NCBI RefSeq assembly: GCF_023055435.1
Contig: NW_025963791.1
Coordinates: 17,484,001 to 17,548,000 of the forward strand
Direction: 5' to 3'
From: Haliotis rufescens
Lineage: Eukaryota
DNA length: 64,000 nt
The position numbers and the translations under genes are program-made. Under the pieces are notes generated by a model that saw only the letters and a list, made by a program, of their open reading frames with translations, ran no database searches and was not told where the DNA came from. This document shows, one piece after another, positions 40,001-53,135 of the stretch. Each line of letters begins with the position of its first letter. Positions within the stretch are counted from its first letter, which is position 1.

Positions 40001-43000
40001 CTGTAGACAGTCATCGACGTGAGAGGGATCAGCAGAGTAGAGACACTGTAGAAAGTCATCGACGTGAGAGGGATCAGCAGAGTAGAGACACTGTAGACAG
40101 TCTTCCACGTGTGCAGGATCAGCAGGGTAGAGACACTGTAGACAGTCTTCCACGTGTGCAGGATCAGCAGGGTAGAGACAGTGTAGACAGTCATCGACGT
40201 GAGAGGGATCAGCAGGGTAGAGACAGTGTAGACAGTCTTCCACGTGTGCAGGATCAGCAGGGTAGAGACACTGTAGACAGTCTTCCACGTGTGCAGGATC
40301 AGCAGGGTAGAGACACTGTAGACAGTCTTCCACGTGTGCAGGATCAGCAGGGTAGAGACACTGTAGACAGTCTTCCACCTGTGCAGGATCAGCAGGGTAG
40401 AGACAGTGTAGACAGTCATCGACGTGAGAGGGATCAGCAGGGTAGAGACAGTGTAGACAGTCTTCCACGTGTGCAGGATCAGCAGGGTAGAGACACTGTA
40501 GACAGTCATCGACGTGAGAGGGATCAGCAGGGTAGAGACAGTGTAGACAGTCATCGACGTGAGAGGGATCAGCAGGGTAGAGACACTGTAGACAGTCATC
40601 GACGTGAGAGGGACCAGGAGGGTAGAGACAGTGTAGACAGTCATCGACGTGAGAGGGATCAGCAGGGTAGAGACAGTGTAGACAGTCTTCCACGTGTGCA
40701 GGATCAGCAGGGTAGAGACACTGTAGACAGTCTTCCACGTGTGCAGGATCAGCAGGGTAGAGACAGTGTAGACAGTCTTCCACGTGTGCAGGATCAGCAG
40801 GGTAGAGACACTGTAGACAGTCATCGACGTGAGAGGGATCAGCAGGGTAGAGACAGTGTAGACAGTCATCGACGTGAGAGGGATCAGCAGGGTAGAGACA
40901 CTGTAGACAGTCATCGACGTGAGAGGGACCAGCAGGGTAGAGACACTGTAGACAGTCATCGACGTGAGAGGGATCAGGAGGGTAGAGACACTGTAGACAG
41001 TCATCGACGTGAGAGGGACCAGCAGGGTAGAGACACTGTAGACAGTCATCGACGTGAGAGGGATCAGCAGGGTAGAGACACTGTAGACAGTCATCGACGT
41101 GAGAGGGACCAGCAGGGTAGAGACACTGTAGACAGTCATCGACGTGAGAGGGACCAGCAGGGTAGAGACACTGTAGACAGTCATCGACGTGAGAGGGATC
41201 AGCAGGGTAGAGACAGTGTAGACAGTCTTCCACGTGTGCAGAATCAGCAGGGTAGAGACACTGTAGACAGTCTTCCACGTGTGCAGGATCAGCAGGGTAG
41301 AGACACTGTAGACAGTCATCGACGTGAGAGGGACCAGGAGGGTAGAGACAGTGTAGACAGTCATCGACGTGAGAGGGACCAGCAGGGTAGAGACACTGTA
41401 GACAGTCATCGACGTGAGAGGGACCAGGAGGGTAGAGACAGTGTAGACAGTCATCGACGTGAGAGGGACCAGCAGGGTAGAGACACTGTAGACAGTCATC
41501 GACGTGAGAGGGACCAGGAGGGTAGAGACAGTGTAGACAGTCATCGACGTGAGAGGGACCAGGAGGGTAGAGACAGTGTAGACAGTCTTCCACGTGTGCA
41601 GGATCAGCAGGGTAGAGACACTGTAGACAGTCATCGACGTGAGAGGGACCAGGAGGGTAGAGACAGTGTAGACAGTCATCGACGTGAGAGGGACCAGCAG
41701 GGTAGAGACACTGTAGACAGTCATCGACGTGAGCGGGATCAGCAGGGTAGAGACACTGTAGACAGTCATCGACGTGAGAGGGACCAGGAGGGTAGAGACA
41801 CTGTAGACAGTCATCGACGTGAGCGGGATCAGCAGGGTAGAGACAGTGTAGACAGTCATCGACGTGAGAGGGATCAGCAGGGTAGAGACACTGTAGACAG
41901 TCATCGACGGGAGAGGGATCAGCAGAGTAGAGACACTGTAGACAGTCATCGACGGGAGAGGGATCAGCAGAGTAGAGACAGTGTAGACAGTCTTCCACGT
42001 GTGCGGGATCAGCAGGGTAGAGACACTGTAGACAGTCTTCCACGTGTGCAGGATCAGCAGGGTAGAGACAGTGTAGACAGTCATCGACGTGAGAGGGATC
42101 AGCAGGGTAGAGACAGTGTAGACAGTCTTCCACGTGAGTGGGATCAGCAGGGTAGAGACAGTGTAGACAGTCTTCCACATGAGCGGGATCAGCAGGGTAG
42201 AGACAGTGTAGACAGTCTTCCACGTGAGTGGGATCAGCAGGGTAGAGACAGTGTAGACAGTCTTCCACGTGAGTGGGATCAGCAGGGTAGAGACAGTGTA
42301 GACAGTCTTCCACATGAGCGGGATCAGCAGGGTAGAGACAGTGTAGACAGTCTTCCACATGAGCGGGATCAGCAGGGTAGAGACAGTGTAGACAGTCTTC
42401 CACGTGAGTGGGATCAGCAGGGTAGAGACAGTGTAGACAGTCTTCCACGTGAGTGGGATCAGCAGGGTAGAGACAGTGTAGACAGTCTTCCACATGAGCG
42501 GGATCAGCAGGGTAGAGACAGTGTAGACAGTCTTCCACATGAGCGGGATCAGCAGGGTAGAGACAGTGTAGACAGTCTTCCACATGAGCGGGATCAGCAG
42601 GGTAGAGACAGTGTAGACAGTCTTCCACGTGTGCAGGATCAGCAGGGTAGAGACACTGTAGACAGTCTTCCACGTGTGCAGGATCAGCAGGGTAGAGACA
42701 GTGTAGACAGTCATCGACGTGTGCAGGATCAGCAGGGTAGAGACAGTGTAGACAGTCATCGACGTGTGCAGGATCAGCAGGGTAGAGACGCTGTAGACAG
42801 TCTTCCACGTGAGCGGGATCAGCAGGGTAGAGACAGTGTAGACAGTCATCGACGTGAGAGGGATCAGCAGGGTAGAGACAGTGTAGACAGTCTTCCACGT
42901 GTGCAGGATCAGCAGGGTAGAGACAGTGTAGACAGTCATCGACGTGTGCAGGATCAGCAGGGTAGAGACGCTGTAGACAGTCTTCCACGTGAGCGGGATC

Positions 43001-43638
43001 AGCAGGGTAGAGACAGTGTAGACAGTCATCGACGTGAGAGGGATCAGCAGGGTAGAGACACTGTAGACAGTCATCGACGTGAGAGGGATCAGCAGGGTAG
43101 AGACACTGTAGACAGTCTTCCACGTGAGTGGGATCAGCAGGGTAGAGACAGTGTAGACAGTCTTCCACATGAGTGGGATCAGCAGGGTAGAGACAGTGTA
43201 GACAGTCTTCCACATGAGCGGGATCAGCAGGGTAGAGACAGTGTAGACAGTCTTCCACATGAGCGGGATCAGCAGGGTAGAGACAGTGTAGACAGTCTTC
43301 CACGTGTGCAGGATCAGCAGGGTAGAGACACTGTAGACAGTCTTCCACGTGTGCAGGATCAGCAGGGTAGAGACAGTGTAGACAGTCATCGACGTGAGAG
43401 GGATCAGCAGGGTAGAGACACTGTAGACAGTCTTCCACGTGTGCAGGATCAGCAGGGTAGAGACAGTGTAGACAGTCTTCCACATGAGCGGGATCAGCAG
43501 GGTAGAGACAGTGTAGACAGTCTTCCACGTGTGCAGGATCAGCAGGGTAGAGACAGTGTAGACAGTCATCGACGTGTGCAGGATCAGCAGGGTAGAGACG
43601 CTGTAGACAGTCTTCCACGTGAGCGGGATCAGCAGGGT
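37035..43638. repeat. Minisatellite, 45-bp unit gacactgtagacagtcatcgacgtgagagggatcagcagggtaga, about 147 copies
   Basis: Period of 45; lies between the LINE ORF1 and endonuclease remnants. Confidence 0.95.
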
Positions 43639-45234
43639 CCCCATCGTGTTGTCAAATTTGCCTCATGCTCTCACACTGGAGAAATAACAGGCAGTGAATT
43701 GGGAATCGGCCAGGCCTTCATGATTATAGGAAACTTCACTCAGGTGAACATTTCACCCCATCCAAGTGTAAGAAATTATACTGACACTGCTACTATTGAA
43801 ACTTTACCTCACCCAAGTGTTGGAAACGACACTGACAACATTAGATTTTAGTTTCTGGAATGTGTCTGGTCTGATCTCCAAACTAAATGATTTTAGTTTT
43901 ATGAATTTTGTTATCTCATTTGATATCAGTGGTTTAACTGAAACTTGGTTACCCGATATAGATTGAAATACTGTTTTCAGGGAATTTGAAACAAGGTCTC
44001 AAAGTTCGGAAGACTGTCAGGTAGTGTTATAGTTCTGATCAGAAAAAAAACTTTCTAGATATACAAAATGGACAGAGATATGTGAAAGCGGCATTTTCAT
44101 ACTGTTCGATAAAGATACGTATGTCTGGTTCACAAAAAGATATTGTATACTCATATGTTTATATACACCCTGGATTTTCGACTTGGTATAATGATCCATC
44201 GCGTCAGTGTAAAAATGGGATATTATTATTTCAAGACAGCTTATTAGACCAACTGAATAAATGTGAGAATGTATATATTTTGTTTGGAGCTGATTTTAAC
44301 CCAAGAACAGATATCGACGATTTTGTTGAAGATGACATGGAGATGAGTTCTAGAGCGTCATGATAATTCTACATTTTGCTAGTTCACTTTACATTAAAGC
44401 GCTACTCTGTTGACAGCTTGGTGACAGGTTTGCTAAATGCTTGTTTGAAATGTGCAGTGTTTTTAATATTCATATCATGACTGGAAGATGCTGTACAGAT
44501 TCTAAAATTGGGGATTAGACTTTTATTGGCTCGCCGGGAGCGAGCGTTTCAGACTATGTATACCTATTTGACATTTGTAATAATGTTGAAATTCACGCTT
44601 CGAAACTCGACATCTTCCTGTCACGATGTGTCTCAGCACACCATGTGTAACACAAGAGACGTGTAACACATATACGAATGCTTCATTCAATTTCGTATGA
44701 AAAGAAGAGAAATGGAAAGTCTTCATAGGAACATTATCATCAAATGATGTTGTAGATTTTTTTACAAAAGCAGTAAATGCAGCATTTTCTAGTATTAATG
44801 ATCGTGTGCAATACATTACTGAAGCTTTATGTATAGCTGTTGATAATATGAAGAAAAGGTCTGGCAATACTAACTACATAGAGCCGTTGTGTAATATCGA
44901 CTTTAATGAGGGAAAGATGCAGATGTTTAAATACATTTCGGAGAAAGAAAGATTTGAAAACTACCTCAGTGTTCGTAATCAATACAATGAAACGTGTAGA
45001 CGTATTATGAAAAAAGGCTTCCCTTTTTGGAACAACATATTGACGATTCGAAAGCATTTTGGACAACAATAATTATTAAAGATCTTGGGGAAATACGGCA
45101 CAAGCAGAATATTATTTATATTAAGAATTGGTATGAGCATTTTAAGGAACTTTCTTCAACACCAGATGGAGAAGAATATTTTTAAGCAAGGATACATACT
45201 GAGTTCTTTTCTATTTTCATTCTTTATTAAGGTA

Positions 45235-46705
45235 TACTGAACCGCAAAAGAAACGTCACCACAAGATCCATTGCATGAAAAGTTGTAAGTTAAATATCTG
45301 GGTAATTTTTGTCAAAGTTTCTAAAATTTAACATTACCTTGTCCGGAAAAATTAAATTTGATGATAAAAAACAAAGCAGATGACAATAAAACCGATCGCC
45401 CGAACGCATCACGGCAACGGCCATGGTAACCCGAGTTTCCCTGCAAATTGAAATGCACATGCGTTCCCCCAATTCTTGCCCTATAAAACTCAACCCAGAT
45501 CGGATAATTTTCATTCGGTATTGAATTGTACCACATGCCAAGATTGACAAAAACCATGCCCAGCGAAACCATGCCATTGGACGATTGCATGCTGGAAAAC
45601 CGCCCGGCAAGCAGCCAATGCCTTTCAAGTCTACGTAAGGATCATATACAGGCTCCAGCACCGGTACCAGACCCCCAACACTTCAGATGACCGACCAAGT
45701 AGTTGAAGACCAAGGGTCGCCACCCGACGTCAGGATCGTCAGATTGTTCGAGAGCATCTTCAAGATCGCTTTGTTACAGCTGCGGAAACTGCTCGACGGA
45801 CCATGGGGACACACCAGCGACACATTAGTGCGGACACCGTGCGTCGACGATTGACGAGCAGCTACCTCCACTGTCACAGGCCACAACGAATTCGAAGACC
45901 CATTCTGACTCCACGTCATCGCCGAGCCGTTACTGTATCTCAACAACAGATGGCAGAGAGAAAGAGAGAGTCTGGCGACGCCGTGGGAAACGTTATTCGA
46001 ATGCTAGTGTGTTGAGAGAGACTCGTGGGGTTATCCGAGCATCATGGTGTGGGGTGGAATTGGTCTTGCACAGAGGGTCGGCCCTGTGGTCTTCCAGAAC
46101 ATCGGTGCAGGGAGAGGCAATGGTGTCACAGCAGCTCGGTACATTGATCAAGTCTTCAGACCACACGCCATACCTCATTTGGCACTTCGCCGCAACCACG
46201 AGTTTCAGCATAATAACGCCCGTGCCCACACTGTGAGAGCAACAAATGACTTCCTCCTTCCTGAATGGCATCAGAACCATACAGTGGCCTCCCCTCAGTC
46301 CCGATTTAAATCCCAATGAGCCCCTATGGGACGAGATTCAAAGACGGCTGAATGACGTCCGACCAAGGTCGACAACTGCAGCTGAACTGCGTCAGGCGTT
46401 TCTCAGAGTGTGGGCTCAAGTGCCTATGGCCTTCATCAATGGCCTCATCCATTCCATGTATCGACGTTGCACGGCAGTCATCAATGCACATGGCGGACAC
46501 ACGAGATACTGACTTGTGATGCCATTTTCTCAGAGACTAGTGTTGTGTTTCACTTTAAGAACATTTGACACTTTAATTTCAACCTTGATGATCAGTTTTG
46601 TCAAGTTTCATCTTTGTAATATGTCTCAAAGTATGTTTACAGTGTTTGGACAAATAAGGTTTCTCATACATCTATCCATGGTGACGTTTCTTTTGCTGTT
46701 CAGTA
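45235..46705 (+). mobile_element. Near full-length Tc1 (DD34E) transposon with a defective transposase
   Basis: TIRs TACTGAAC(c/a)GCAAAAGAAACGTCACC at both ends with flanking TA. Transposase MPRL (45535)...MVWGGI...FQHNNARAH...WPPLSPDLNPNEPLWD...GGHTRY*, with frameshifts. Confidence 0.9.
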
Positions 46706-47936
46706 TATTAGCTTCATCCCGAAACAGTAAAGATATTTCTCCTTTTATTTGACGATTATATAGTTATGTTTGCAAGCACAATACCTGGTCTACAAAAACA
46801 ACTTAATGAATTGGAAAATTATTGTCAAAAATGGGGTTTGTCGGCAAACCTCAATAAAACCAAAACTATAGTTTGCAAGAAAGATGGCACTCTATCTTAA
46901 TACCTAGGTGTGTATTTTACAAACAGCGTGTCATGCACTTTCCAGGAAAATACTGCTGCAAAATATTAAAACAATTGGGGATGCTTCGTACACATTTAAA
47001 AAAATATATTCGATACAAATATAAGTACAATTTTACTATTACAAACCAACCGATTCCAAACAATACCTCAATTACAATTCTTGTCATTTCTCATTTAACA
47101 TGTCAATCGAGACTGTTCGTTTCGCAAAGCCATTTTTGTTACTTGACCAGCGAGTATTCAACAGCGGTCTCGTAGATTCTAGGAAGATGTTCTTATGTTG
47201 AAGTTGATTTTGTATATAATCGTATCCAAATGTATGATAAAGAATTATATTGACCCTTAATAATTTTTGTTAATTTTGTTTATTTGTTTTAAGATTGGCA
47301 AACCTAGAACTACTTTTAAGTAGTAATTACAAGGGGTGGTGAAACGTCCCTGCGTGTTAGGTTGGGATTTTTAAAAATTTGTTATGAAATAATTATTTTC
47401 CCGGTAAACAACTACGTCAAAAGTATATACAAAATAAGATATTCCATGTGAGAGAAGTGGCTTGTGAGTTGCTCCCCACAGATTTAGCTGGATAACACAG
47501 ATAGACGCAGCGACAGAAGGATGGCATCCAAAAGTGGGACATATTTTACAGACAGTCGGTATTGGGACAAAAGGTATAGATAATCGACGTGAGGATTGTG
47601 AGAACATGCGGGGAATACCAAACTTAATACAATTGTTCATAAAGTAGACTAAAAATATTTTTAAAGCTTGTACGTTTTATCATCCTTAAAAAGGCTGTAC
47701 ATTCTGTTGATATCTCATAAGAAATAAATGACTCGTGGTCGTTGTTTTTCGTACAATAAAACACTGCAGGGAGAATAATGCAGTCGGGACTGCGCCCCTC
47801 ATGGTTTATTCTCCCTGCAGTGTTTTATTGTACGATACACAGCAACACTGTGTATGTCTAATAAAGAAGTTGTTATCAATAATACTCCTTGTCATGCTTA
47901 CATCCCATTTCTCAATGCCTATAAACACTCATAGGT

Positions 47937-48114
47937 NNNNNNNNNNNNNNNNNNNNNNNNNNNNNNNNNNNNNNNNNNNNNNNNNNNNNNNNNNNNNNNN
48001 NNNNNNNNNNNNNNNNNNNNNNNNNNNNNNNNNNNNNNNNNNNNNNNNNNNNNNNNNNNNNNNNNNNNNNNNNNNNNNNNNNNNNNNNNNNNNNNNNNNN
48101 NNNNNNNNNNNNNN
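47937..48114. other. Assembly gap (N run)
   Basis: Ns in the sequence. Confidence 1.
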
Positions 48115-48315
48115 TAATATCAACCTCATACCTTTCTAACATATTTTATTGATCTCGCAATGTAATGGAAAATCTATTCATTGTCCATTATGGTCCCTTA
48201 AAGTACACTCTAGAAATCAATACATTCAACCACACTACAGGCTAGCAAGACCCGGAGAGCGTCCTCAGTTTACAACACCTTTATTGCGGACGGTTGTAAT
48301 CGGTCTCATTCTTCA

Positions 48316-51300
48316 ATGAATACTTTCAGGTACTCTTTGCGTGATCTTGTATCAATGTTAGTGTGTTCACATTCAGATGTAGTCATGCAAGTAAAAGTTT
48401 TTCATAAAGCTGATTATGTTTCCCTCAAGGGCATTTTTCAGAGACAACGCAGTAAACTGACTGTAATAGTTCAGTGGAAATTGGACTTTTACAGTCAGGA
48501 AGATGCTCAAACGTTAATTGAGGTGTTTTCGCATTTATATTTAGTTTCATGGTTTGGTTCTAAATATACGCATATTTCTGTTATAAACACTGGCGTTTGT
48601 CTACTTTATATTAACCTATGTAGCCTTAATCAATTTACTGCACCAGCGTCGGCAGTATTTCAGGCATATTGTTACCAATCTTTAGTAATGGCGTGTTTCA
48701 TTTATTTTTACTCAATTTCGTTTAATTGAACTTGATCTTGATATTATTTTATAATCCAACATAACAATTCTGAAATGTTTGGTAATGTTGTATTTTCGAT
48801 TATCATTAAATGATTAATACATGTGGTATCCTATTTCACTCACTCGCATTAAACATGTCATCACTTGTCATATACACGGGTATTGAACTCAAAAACCAAT
48901 TTAAAACTTCGGGATAGGTTCTTTGCTTGACATGGCTCCTGTACCAAGTCCTGCCTATACTTCGGGATAGGTTCTTTCTGCCATGGCTCCTGTATCAAGA
49001 TGTGCCTATATTTCTGCATACTAGGTTTTTTTCTTGACATGACTTCTGTTTCAAGTCGTGCCTATACTTCGAGATAGGTTCTTGGCTTGACATGGCTCCT
49101 GTATCAAGTCGTGCCTATATTTCGGGATAGGGTCTTTGCTTGACATGGCTCCTGTATCAAGTCGTGCCTATTCTTCGGGATAGGTTCTTGCTGCCATGGC
49201 TCCTGTATCAAGTTGTGCCTATATTTCTGCATAGGTTTTTTTTCTTGACATGACTTCTGTTTCAAGTCGTGCCTATACTTCGGGATAGGTTCTTTGCTTG
49301 ACATGGCTCCTGTATCAAGTCGTGCCTATACTTCGGGATATGTTCTTGGCTTGACATGGCTCCTGTATCAAGTCGTGCCTATACTTCGGGATAGGTACTT
49401 GCTGCCATGGCTCCTGTATTAAGTCGTGTCTATACTTCGGAATAAGTTCTTTGCGTGAAATGGCTTCTGGATCAAGAAGTACCTTTTCTTCGGGGTAGAT
49501 TCTTTGCTTGATGGGTTCCTCCCAACATATAACTGTAAATGCGTGCATACATAACATTACATGATTATTGGTTTCTCTGATGCGAGTGTGAGTTAGGTTT
49601 AACGCTGATCTGAGCTTAATCTTCACACGCTGAGTATTTCAGTTACACAAGGATGTGCTAGGTGTATGAGTGGAAAAAAACCGCTTGTCATAGACTATTA
49701 ACAATAATGCGAAACCAATGGCGAAGGGTATGGTTCCGACATACCAATGATCCTAATGAAGACAAAACTGGGATTCGAACCCACATCCAGGGACGACTTT
49801 TGTTGCACGGTATACTCAAATGGGGTTATGTATAAACAAAAAAACAAACTAGTTTCCAAGATCATTAGAATTTTCCTGTGTCCACCGCCGTGATATTGCT
49901 TGAATATTGCTAAAAGCGGCGTAAAACTACACTCACTCACTCATTAGAAATATCTACTTAAAGCAGAGACTATTGTACAATTCCGACTACATCATAAGAA
50001 GGTGTTTTTGAATCACTACCACACAGTGATGATATACAAGTTGAAATCAGCCTGCCCAAGACTGCATAGAGTCATTTGTGAACTACGTTTTGATTATTTA
50101 CCACATTTTTGTTTTTCCAGGTTTAAGAAAAACTGGCGCTCTTATGCAACAATTGCAGGTCTTCTTATAACTAGTTACCTATTTGTTTCGAAATACTGGC
50201 TATCGACTGAAGCTCCAAACAAAAATATTCAAGCTGCAAAACATGAGGATGTTCGAAACCTTGAAGCCACCAGGAAACTCAACTTTGACAGAAGCCCCAT
50301 ATCTGGTGTAGTAGAAAACAAAAGAGAAACCATAACCAAAAAAGCAAGACTATCTTATAAGTTCAGGGCTAAGAGAGCATTAAAACGCAAGAGAAAAGCC
50401 AGGAAACCTTCGAGGGCTGTTGTATTTGCTGGCAAAAGAAACCGAAGAAGAGAGCGCCCATTACACAGTTTCAAATATGAACGGGTCCTCCGTGAATACA
50501 CGCCACGCATTGACTGGTCATATTTTAATAACAGGAAGAAAATATTGAATAATCATTCAATTTCCTTCAACATACTACCGACCTGGGTTGGTAACGAGCA
50601 CCCTTACCTCATCATCATGGTGTTATCACAGACTCGGTATCACAGAACGACTATTAGACAAACTTATGGGAGTGTCGCACATGGACAAAACTGGCCTGGG
50701 AGTAATCTGACTTTGAACATAAAAATGATATTTGTATTTGGAGATACAGGGAGCAAGGCACATGAGGCCATTCTGAAGGAAGAAAGCAAAATATATGGCG
50801 ATATTTTGCAAGGTAACTTTTCTGACTCTTACAAGAATCTTACACTGAAAGTTTTAACAGGATTAAAATACGTTGCGGAGTATTTTCCTGACACACAGTA
50901 CGTATTAAAAGCGGATGACGACACATTCACAGATGTTGACCGTCTTGTTAGATTACTGTCGAAACTGCAGCCCGTGAACACAGTTCTTGGTTTCATTCAC
51001 AAGTTTTCTGTTGTTAAAAGACGAGGCCAATGGGGCCTTTCAAGGACTGTTTACCCTTTCCCACTCTACCCTCAATATGCAGCGGGAAATACATATGTTC
51101 TGACAATGGATTATGTGAAATGTGTTCTTAAAAAGGCTAAGTTCTTTCCATATATGTTGATAGAAGATGCATTCATAACTGGCATAATGTGTGTTCTATG
51201 CAACGGTACACAATATCATGTAGAAGGTTTCACACACTGGAAGGAAAGGGTGGCTTCTCCCAAATCATTTCTGGACGGAAAAAGGATTTCCGGAAATAGA

Positions 51301-51357
51301 GTGAAGGACGAAATAAAACATGAGATATGGGACCAGTTATTAGATTTATATGGATAG
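48316..51357 (+). CDS. Beta-1,3-galactosyltransferase-like (GT31) paralog 1, 416 aa: join(48316..48329, 50121..51357)
   Basis: Type II membrane anchor (YATIAGLLITSYLFV). GT31 motifs RTTIRQTYG, YGDILQGNFSDSYKNLTLK, KADDDTF (DxD) and IEDAFITG. Micro first exon ATGAATACTTTCAG|gt joins acceptor gtttttccag|G in phase 2. AATAAA at 52029. Confidence 0.9.
48905..49480. repeat. Intronic minisatellite, 50-53-bp unit atacttcgggataggttctttgcttgacatggctcctgtatcaagtcgtgcct
   Basis: Direct tandem copies within the GT31 paralog 1 intron. Confidence 0.9.
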
Positions 51358-52259
51358 GTTTCCTAATGCCTTATGTCACAATCTCCATCGAATGTTTGTT
51401 TTCGCTGTAAACGCTTTATGGTTCAGAGCCAAAGCGACGTTAAACTAAGTCACCCATTACCACAGTTCAGTTCGCAGCAAATGTCCCTCTGGTTTTGTAA
51501 TGAAACTTTCAGCTGGTGAGTCATGTGTGGTCAGAAGACATTCCAGAGTTCCTCAACCTCTGCCGCGCTTCACACAAGGCAGTATCACATAACTATAAAC
51601 AAACAAATCGGATGGCTAACAAGTGAATGAGCAATTTATTTGGCATCCTGTAATCCCCTGAAAAATCTACAATCTGGTCCACATTGACCTGCTGTCTAAT
51701 GGACTGTGACGGACACTGACTGTAAACAGGACACTTATGTGGTGGAAGAGCTAGAGCAAGGGGTATTCCTGGATTTTATTTGTAGTTTCTGCGATTTTCA
51801 ACCTGTAAGCGTACACTATTGTAAAGGTGTGATAATGCTATTATTGGAGGAGTAACGCGTGGTGGGTTTTGTTGTGACAATGGAGTATGATTTCTATTTT
51901 ATGGGTCCACATATTAATTCATGTCGTCGTTAGTTGTCAAGTCATGTGAATTCCATACTAATGGATTATGCCTAATGTCTCTTAATTACTAGTTACTAAA
52001 AGGTTATGACTCATGTGTTTACCTCTTCAATAAAGTTTGATAGACTGTGTGAAGATGCATTATATATTAGAAGTTCAACTTTGAACGGACTACTAAATCC
52101 ACTGATCAAAATAACAAATTACAAATGTTAATTTCACCCTGGGCAGTCATGCACAGAAAACTATTAATCTCCAGTTCCAAATTCTTATGCCCATATCAAT
52201 CGATATATGCTCATGCTATCCGTCACTGGTTTGCAAAGTTCCGACTTCAGTGTGTAATT

Positions 52260-53135
52260 GAGGCCATTATATAGATTTCAGAATGTACTGGAGGCCATTA
52301 TATAGATTACAGACTGTACTGGAGGCCATTATATAGATTTCAGAATGCACTGGAGGCCAGTACATAGATTTCAGAATGTACGTGTGGCCAGTATATCGAT
52401 TTCAGAATGTAATGGAGGCCAGTATATAGATTTCAGAATGTAATGGAGGCCAGTATATAGATTTCAGTATGTAATGGAGTCCATAATATAGATTTCTGAA
52501 CGTACTGGAGGCCAGTTTATAGATTTCAGAATGTACTGGTGGCCAGTATATATATTTCAGAATGTACTGGAGGCCAGTATATATATTTCAGAATGTACTG
52601 GAGGCCAGTATATAGATTTCAGAATGTACTGGAGGCCAGTATATAGATTTCAGAATGTACTGGTGGCCGGTATATAGATTTCAGAATGTACTGGTGGCCG
52701 GTATATAGATTTCAGAATGTACTGGAGGCCAGTATATAGATTTCAGAATGTACTGGAGGCCATGATATAGATTTCAGAATGTACTGGAGGCCAGTATATA
52801 GATTTCAGAATGTACTGGTGGCCGGTATATAGATTTCAGAATGTACTGGAGGCCAGTATATAGATTTCAGAATGTACTGGAGGCCGGTATATAGATTTCA
52901 GAATGTACTGGAGGCCAGTATATAGATTTCAGAATGTACTGGTGGCCGGTATATAGATTTCAGAACGTACTGGTGGCCGGTATATAGATTTCAGAACGTA
53001 CTTGAGGCCAGTATATAAATTTCAGAATGTACTGGAGTCCAGTATATAGATTTCAGAATGTACTGGAGGCCAGTATATAGATTTCAGTATGTAATGGAGG
53101 CCAGTATATAGATTACAGTATGTAATGGAGGCCAC
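52260..53135. repeat. Minisatellite, 31-bp unit gaggccagtatatagatttcagaatgtactg
   Basis: Period of 31. Confidence 0.95.

Larger units (their letters stand above)
36700..47360 (+). mobile_element. Decayed APE-type non-LTR retrotransposon (LINE; RTEX/L2-group-like), interrupted by a 45-bp VNTR and a Tc1
   Basis: ORF1 RRM/CTD remnant (LELARRL; RPLIVQLAYRVDK...GIGVARDLTQNQ) at 36730-36990. Endonuclease (SFWNVSGLISK, LTETWL, GADFNPR) at 43850-44560. RT motifs KQGYILSSFLFSFFI at 45184-45230 and LLFDDYI...GLQKQLNEL...KWGLSANLNKTK, YLGVYF at 46735-46920. The clade is tentative. Confidence 0.75.

Noticed and set aside
37498-43644. Giant minus-strand ORFs with CxxC/His repeats (DDCLQCLYPADPSHV)n resembling a metal-binding protein, and (TVYSVSTLLIPLTSM)n
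   Set aside because: They are translations of a 45-bp minisatellite that is open in several frames, is broken by frame-shifting units and lies inside a LINE remnant; there are no splice or promoter signals.
50002-50120. ORF-track N-terminal extension of GT31 paralog 1
   Set aside because: GTG-started intronic read-through upstream of a clear acceptor at 50120.
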